From Naegleria gruberi (lineage: Eukaryota), in the NCBI GenBank assembly GCA_000004985.1, contig GG738911.1: a stretch of 64,000 bases of DNA, one strand, 5' to 3'. Of this stretch, positions 59,201 to 64,000 are shown piece by piece (positions within the stretch are counted from its first letter, which is position 1; every line of letters starts with the position of its first letter). The notes below the pieces were generated by a model. The model was not told the origin of the DNA and made no database searches. It saw only the letters and a program-made list of their open reading frames with translations. The translations under genes were made by a program, and so were the position numbers.

Positions 59201-59431
59201 CCAGGACCTGTGGATAATTGGAGAGTTAGTTTAAAAGGTTCAGAGGGTGAGATTGATTGTCAAGTTTTAAGTGTTTCTACAGTTGAGTCCGAGAGCAGTT
59301 CATCATTCTCTACTGTTTCCATTTTCTTTGAGCTACCAATAATATCTACTAAGGTGTCAGTTCTGGTAGTCAAGTATAAGAATATTGAACAATCTTCAAA
59401 TGCTGCATTTTACATGATTGACGATAAATAA
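56252..59431 (+). CDS. Q/N/S/T/P-rich low-complexity protein with structured C-terminal about 330-aa domain of unknown function
   Basis: 1059-codon ORF; poly-N, poly-Q, HHHHQHHH tracts; C-terminal region non-repetitive and Cys-containing. Confidence 0.6.
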   Translation: MNSQQIQKPQPIRTINNNNNTNSSTKGGSSLKFVVPNNQNNTSTIENQSTNNISSEIQGCRSGVNGHGCRMNNPPSSPSSYVSYDTKTPSSCTVHVTYLNATSPSSPNNTNNTCVATTTTIQNTNASNGSTESSFKRFPISQSPSVIDPAVTMQDHYFHTTIKTENAQFKNKCPSVSPNNTTPSTTPNSYSNTFQDSSVNPPNDSKPIATSQLSHPYNTSYHNNSNQSSLNSPFETTTHVEYPTMQHLPTLCSINPTQTTPISSNSQQAQTTQSSHLHVNHQQQTQQKQIPPNSYAARLFSMNNNNIHHHHQHHHSTTINPNNIINNSQSSPNSSSGGGQLITSMNNNSNITMNSHHQQQQPQIMKSDLGMNNNTCGNSSNNNSTTASMSSLPTPQPIPIMNNNKGTTTINHQHDNSMLPSPIMMTTSSFPQYNSMPMNVVANNSTHQIITTTVSATTCGERHGDNSPTTCGHHVQLSSLSNINPSNSSSSLSSSISSGHVKSNTTPNNILESTPSSHQQQQQQHDGYSSTTSSSSMSLKACSSSSIQQQNDDLSISSQQPERKKKRVNPPPPIMNSTTGHHLPPFIPIQPHPSLTPTHRNPPSPNMHSQYQQFAKIVPFGGMSQMPNVVGQPQPPPHGMPVPFYHSFTPFPTPITPTGIPPRMSNSNIMNATPSPTTPVPLASSPQGDAISSSSSNSDDSSSNTPTNSQQQSASAFPTSTPSSHYSYEIVIPGDSCSTIIKLNVGLTLDKFHDIRMKKTIFEAFIENQKTVNDGRSGISNETQKISTWRLKQVEIIKNICFFRFKLLDDGKPESPTVELDKNGYEINGNALAKVCESGPSRLAFSLDSYGKRVSKRLHKEKLVTCPFLITLTNGTKDFVKCVCVHLCINKRQKKTVITRADFDTLLRDKSYMVSLISIYASSTKKKPLDEESLSSDEDEQPLKILKRDPSGSAHTELRLKHGPGYMVSINNVTLRYPFAGVDPGPVDNWRVSLKGSEGEIDCQVLSVSTVESESSSSFSTVSIFFELPIISTKVSVLVVKYKNIEQSSNAAFYMIDDK

Positions 59432-59580
59432 ATAGTGAGAAAAAGACAATTAAATTGATGTAATGACTTCATTTTCTGTTGTAAACGCACAACAGAAAAA
59501 CTGAATTAGGAATTCTAATAGCTTAATTGTCTTTTCAAGAATTAATCAAAATCATGATCATCATCCACTGATGATCATAT

Positions 59581-61128
59581 TTATTTAGTTTTCAGTTTTG
59601 CTTTTGGATTAAAGAAAAAACTATCAGCAGAATTTCCAACATCATACTTGACTCCTGGATCGTTTTCTAAATCTTCACATGATCTATATCTGTGAAATGA
59701 AGGACTTCTCAGTGCTTTTCGTTTCTTACTCTCAAGGGAAGGACTCTCAAAAAAGTTAATATCATTCATTACTTCATCCTCTTGACTTGTTGGAGATTTA
59801 TCAAATGAGGATGAAGAAGAATGAATATTCAAATCTTGTAAACTATTATCATCAAATAAATCAGATGAATCTTCACACATTCCCAGCGTAAAATCATTGA
59901 ATATTTGACTCTTTGTTGATCTTGGTGGAGGTGGCCTCATTAAAGAAAATCCATTCATAAATTCATCATCAGAATTATCACTCTCTAGGATTGTTGGACC
60001 AACAATGGTCGTAGATTTTGATGAGCTTATTGGTGTAATGTGATTAAAGTTAGCTTTGATCGTGGAAGGAAGTTTAAAACTCTTTACAGTGGAGGGACAG
60101 TTATTATTTGATTGATTGAGAGAAAGTGGCGTGGAAGGAGAAGGTGTCTCTAAAAACATTGAGGCAATACTAAAGTGTGAATCGTCAAGGTTTTCATCCA
60201 ATTGTTCTTGTTGTGTTGTAACATCAAAGGCACATTCAAACAGGTTTTTGTACACTGAGGAAGAACCTCTTCTTCCAAGTTTCTTTGTTGGGTTGTGTTT
60301 TTTAGGAGCACTTGGTGGAGGTTTCTCACCCTCTTCATCAGAATCATTCATGAAAATGTTCATATTATGATCGCTCTTACGTGTTGGTGATCTATCAGCT
60401 GTGGTAACATTTCTCAATTGATTTTCCTTAGTATATAATTGAGGTGTTGAAAAATTGAAACTCTTATTAGATAGAGCACTACCTAGACGATTTGCATGAT
60501 AACTGCTTCCATTGCTACTAATACTACTTAAACCAGCAGAGGAAGAGATTGATTGATTGGAGGAAGGTACAAAATTATTAATACGGGAAATATCAGGTGT
60601 GAATGGTGTGGAATACAGAGTTGGAGATACAGATTGCAAATTGGATGAAACTGGTCGAATGGGCGTTGAGCTAAATGCTAATCCATTCTGTTGTACCAAT
60701 TGTGGAGGTGATGGAGTAAATATCGAGTGATGATTACTTCTTCTTCTTGAAGATTGATTCGACTTGATTACACTGCTTATTTCAGTTGGTTTTTTAAAGG
60801 AAAATTCCAAGTGTTGAAAAGCAGATGAATTACTATGACAACTCTGTTCGCTGCTTGGAGTGGAATGCCAATGTAGAGGTGGACTATGTGATGATGATTC
60901 TAAAGAGGAGGGTGGAGAGGATGTACAAGGAGATCCCATCGTAAAGTTTGAAAAGGGAGAAAATATATGTGATTCAAAGGCTTGTTGGTGATTTTGTTGG
61001 GAGGAGGGTGTTTGTGGAAGTTTATAGGGATTATGTTGTTGAATCATTATAGAGGAGGAGGATGATGTTGTGTTGTTGCTGGTACCACCAACAAATGGCG
61101 AGGATGATGTTGATGGTGGTGGTAACAT
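59581..61128 (-). CDS. Ser/Pro-rich hypothetical protein (515 aa)
   Basis: Long ORF convergent with the preceding gene; low complexity, basic patches (KKRKALRS). Confidence 0.45.
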   Translation of the reverse strand: MLPPPSTSSSPFVGGTSNNTTSSSSSIMIQQHNPYKLPQTPSSQQNHQQAFESHIFSPFSNFTMGSPCTSSPPSSLESSSHSPPLHWHSTPSSEQSCHSNSSAFQHLEFSFKKPTEISSVIKSNQSSRRRSNHHSIFTPSPPQLVQQNGLAFSSTPIRPVSSNLQSVSPTLYSTPFTPDISRINNFVPSSNQSISSSAGLSSISSNGSSYHANRLGSALSNKSFNFSTPQLYTKENQLRNVTTADRSPTRKSDHNMNIFMNDSDEEGEKPPPSAPKKHNPTKKLGRRGSSSVYKNLFECAFDVTTQQEQLDENLDDSHFSIASMFLETPSPSTPLSLNQSNNNCPSTVKSFKLPSTIKANFNHITPISSSKSTTIVGPTILESDNSDDEFMNGFSLMRPPPPRSTKSQIFNDFTLGMCEDSSDLFDDNSLQDLNIHSSSSSFDKSPTSQEDEVMNDINFFESPSLESKKRKALRSPSFHRYRSCEDLENDPGVKYDVGNSADSFFFNPKAKLKTK

Positions 61129-61232
61129 TTTTTTTTATTTTAAATTTGTGAATTTAACGACTGTTTGGCGCGTTTGATTTTGGCGGGAATATTTTTCTTT
61201 GCTTAACTAATACCATTATTTATGATAATTCT

Positions 61233-63053
61233 TTAAACTTCTTCATCTTCCAAGAGGGATGAGGAGGATGCATTGGAATGATTGTTAGAATTGAAGAGAA
61301 TCAAATCCTTGATGGCCTCCTCTTGAGAATTGTATGAATATTTGGTGGAATTATCATTTTCCAATAAGCCAACATGGAATGTGATTGCTTCCCTTACAGT
61401 TTCAATCTTCTTGAGTAGTGGTTTCATGTAGCCAATAAATACCTCCAACAGCACGGATGCAACCTCAGAATCTTGTGTTTCCAATGGTGGTACTGTTTCA
61501 CTATTTGATTTCTTCTTTTCCAATAAACCTCTACACTTGAGAATGGCATTGAGAAAGTAGGATGTCTTTTCATTCTTACAAACCTCCTTAGCAATATTAA
61601 CAAAGAGAATGTTGGTATTTTTCTCTTCTGAATCCTTCATGGCCATCTCAATCTTCTTGACCAAGCTCATCATGTAGTCGATTGTCCTGTTCAAGTGATA
61701 GAGAACCTTATCGTTGAATTCCTCTAATCTGGCTTTGTGATCGAGAGAATGCACGTGTGGAAGGACATCATCTAGTTTGTTATCGAAAATCATGAACCAA
61801 ATTCTGCCTTCTCTCATCGATTCGGTAATTAACATTTCATTGGTCTTGTGAATGTTCAAATACCAATCAGATTTGATTTTGTACATGTACCCATTTGATA
61901 AAACCATGACATATCCTTCATGACCCTTCTCATCCTCTATTGCTTTCTTAATTCCTTTCATATCTGTTTGTGAGATGATTTCTGGATTTTCACAAGATTT
62001 GACACATTCAATTCCATACCCTTTACAAGAACTTTTCATTTCTTCGTACGGAATGAATGATCCCAAAATTGTATGTCTCAAGGCGAGCAATGAAATGAAT
62101 GGCTTATTTCCGTAATTTACAACAACTCTGTGATCAGGTGAAAAATATTCGAATAGTGGTGTGTAACCTCTATTCATCCACTCGACACAAAATTTCACTA
62201 ATTGGGCGTATGATCCCTTATCTTTCAATTGATCCTCCAATGAATGCATTCCAAAATCAATTACAAACGGTATGTCTCTAGTTGATTCACATTCTCTTCC
62301 ATCCTTGACAGATTCAATTGCAAAGAGTGGAAGCTTGGATTCGTGTAATTTCTTTCTCTTCTCATGATATTCCCTGTTGATCTCATCTTGTTCTGAAACA
62401 TCACTCGATTGCCCCTTTACAAGATTCAATTTTTCCAATTCATATACAAATTCCTCAATGGATTGAGAGTGATCATTCTGATAGTCCAACTTGGTTCTAA
62501 ACCTCAATCTGAAATGTTTCTTCTCTCCAGAATCATCCTTCAAAAATTCAATGATAGGAGTGCACAAACTACCATCCAATTTTTCCAATAATGTGAAAGG
62601 TCTCTCCTTTCCAGTTTTCTTTTTCAATTCACTGATCAATTTTTCAATAATTTTAAAATTGGTTTCTTCCTTTTCATCCACATTGAAGAATTTTGGCATG
62701 GAACGACCAACAATTCTCCTACTTTCTCTATCAAAGCACAGTCCACGAATTTCTCTTCTCAACAACCTTCTTTCAATTTCCTCATAGGAATCCAAATTAA
62801 TATTCAACTGTTTTGTATTCTCATCAATGAGATGAGGAATGAAGGGGAAACTATCACTTGACACCACTTTATAACTCACAAATGTAAAGTCATTATTCGA
62901 TTGAATGACAAATCCCCTTGTTGTTCCGATATTTTCAATCACTTGATCCAAGGTTTCTATTCTTGGATAGATGAGTGGTTCACTGGCAGAAAAAGGAGCC
63001 TCTCTCTTCATATCAGTGTTGGTGTGGGTAATTGCAGTATTAAATGCTGACAT
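61233..63053 (-). CDS. ATP-dependent RNA ligase-like nucleotidyltransferase (T4 Rnl1-like) with extra C-terminal domain
   Basis: Motif I LLEKLDGSL (KxDGS), motif IV GHEGYVMVL (EGYV) and motif V YKIKSDWY (KxK) in canonical order and spacing. Confidence 0.65.
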   Translation of the reverse strand: MSAFNTAITHTNTDMKREAPFSASEPLIYPRIETLDQVIENIGTTRGFVIQSNNDFTFVSYKVVSSDSFPFIPHLIDENTKQLNINLDSYEEIERRLLRREIRGLCFDRESRRIVGRSMPKFFNVDEKEETNFKIIEKLISELKKKTGKERPFTLLEKLDGSLCTPIIEFLKDDSGEKKHFRLRFRTKLDYQNDHSQSIEEFVYELEKLNLVKGQSSDVSEQDEINREYHEKRKKLHESKLPLFAIESVKDGRECESTRDIPFVIDFGMHSLEDQLKDKGSYAQLVKFCVEWMNRGYTPLFEYFSPDHRVVVNYGNKPFISLLALRHTILGSFIPYEEMKSSCKGYGIECVKSCENPEIISQTDMKGIKKAIEDEKGHEGYVMVLSNGYMYKIKSDWYLNIHKTNEMLITESMREGRIWFMIFDNKLDDVLPHVHSLDHKARLEEFNDKVLYHLNRTIDYMMSLVKKIEMAMKDSEEKNTNILFVNIAKEVCKNEKTSYFLNAILKCRGLLEKKKSNSETVPPLETQDSEVASVLLEVFIGYMKPLLKKIETVREAITFHVGLLENDNSTKYSYNSQEEAIKDLILFNSNNHSNASSSSLLEDEEV

Positions 63054-63106
63054 TTTTTTTAAAGTTCACTCTTGAATTTGCACTGACTACTGTAATTTTA
63101 TTTCAT

Positions 63107-63865
63107 CTAAAATTGCGTATTGTAATCTTCTGGATAATCATGTCCTGGTGGAATGTTTTTGCTATCATCGTCCTGGGATTTAAAGAGGAGAGTGTGGCTC
63201 TTTACATTACTTGCAATTGCTTTACATTCTTGATAGAAGAAAATGGAATGGAGCATGTGAAAATGAAAATAGAGATCTACCTCTTTGGTTGGCATTACTC
63301 GTCGATTTTCTTGGAGGAATTGAATGTAAGTACTCTTTTGGCCGATATCTGCCTGTGAAAGCTGGAATATATGCTCATCAAGGAATAATTCCAAATACTT
63401 GACTTGCTCTTTCACATCTTTGACTTGAGCCATTTCTTCTGAAAGACTATTATAGAAGAAGAGCTTGGGATTAAATGGATGGTGTGTTGGCAAGGCAATA
63501 CCATTTCCTTCTGAAGATAGTAAATGTAAATAGTCAATTTCAAGATCTTTTGGAAATTCACATGAGCTGAAATTGGCATGTTGATTCAAATTATTTCTAT
63601 TTTCAAGTATTTTTGTAAAATTCAAAGGAATTAAATCAGAGGGGCAATTACTGTAGTAATCATCCAATAGAATAAAGTGAAGTCCAATTAAAACATCATC
63701 TGGTGCAAAATCAAAACACTTGTGCTTTGATTCATTCAAGAAATGTTTCGCCTTTTCCATCATCTTTTCAAAATACCACACCTGATCTGGATCTTGGGAT
63801 AATATTAATAGTGAGTCATTCAATTTTTTTGTAATATCCTTTAAAAATTGAAGATAAAGAGGCAA
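63107..63865 (-). CDS. hypothetical protein; upstream part probably continues beyond an intron or the window end
   Basis: 252-codon ORF reaching close to the window edge; no family assigned. Confidence 0.35.
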   Translation of the reverse strand: MPLYLQFLKDITKKLNDSLLILSQDPDQVWYFEKMMEKAKHFLNESKHKCFDFAPDDVLIGLHFILLDDYYSNCPSDLIPLNFTKILENRNNLNQHANFSSCEFPKDLEIDYLHLLSSEGNGIALPTHHPFNPKLFFYNSLSEEMAQVKDVKEQVKYLELFLDEHIFQLSQADIGQKSTYIQFLQENRRVMPTKEVDLYFHFHMLHSIFFYQECKAIASNVKSHTLLFKSQDDDSKNIPPGHDYPEDYNTQF

Positions 63866-64000
63866 TCCTTTTTCAAAATTAATGGAAGAGCTCAGGAATG
63901 GTGAATAAATTATTGATTTAAAGAATGAACCCTCACTCTTCTCAAAAGGAATGCTGTTTGTTACATTTGCATAGGATGTCGTTTTTGAAATTGTTATAAT

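Noticed and set aside
1-64000. Prokaryotic or operon-style interpretation of the densely packed ORFs
   Set aside because: Multiple verified GT..AG introns restoring conserved motifs (GNHE, HRDIKPSN, Zn2Cys6 cluster), plus eukaryote-only genes (alpha-tubulin, MAP2K, DDRGK1, F-box).

Overview
This window is AT-rich (about one-third GC by eye) eukaryotic nuclear DNA from a draft assembly, with a 90-N gap at 11213-11302. It is not prokaryotic: it carries alpha-tubulin, MAP2K, DDRGK1 and F-box genes, and many short spliceosomal introns (42-154 nt, GTAAGT/GTGAGT/GTTAGT/GTACGT/GTAGGT donors, YAG acceptors). I could place the introns consistently against the supplied ORF coordinates. Genes are densely packed, often as divergent pairs sharing short intergenic regions. 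Intron architecture, Q/N-rich low-complexity proteins, a UFMylation component (DDRGK1) together with a Zn2Cys6 factor, and many receptor-like kinases point to an amoebozoan/dictyostelid-like protist rather than a fungus or animal. This lineage call is inference. The most striking locus is 11.7-24.7 kb. Two paralogous multi-exon receptor kinases (NHL beta-propeller + EGF-like Cys repeats + TM + kinase) lie on the same strand. Between them sits a markedly AT-richer island (15.9-20.4 kb). The island holds a Ulp1/SENP-like C48 protease gene bracketed by arrays of a TATAAATATT-containing direct repeat. It also holds a 24-bp palindromic minisatellite that keeps an octapeptide reading frame. Other notable content includes a eukaryotic T4-Rnl1-like RNA ligase and a divergent alpha-tubulin without the C-terminal tyrosine. 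There are also two single-base frameshifts at T-runs in otherwise conserved genes, which are probably assembly indels. Intron coordinates I could support (1-based, plus-strand numbering) are: 4926-4998, 5087-5144, 5498-5544, 5906-6059, 8412-8460, 10864-10934, 12006-12047, 12186-12229, 14160-14208, 15264-15309, 22789-22844, 26932-26985, 41342-41391, 45907-45951, 46275-46330, 50500-50542 and 53395-53474. Two further introns are hypothesised at 6866-6921 and 18009-18042. No tRNA, rRNA or CRISPR features were recognised.
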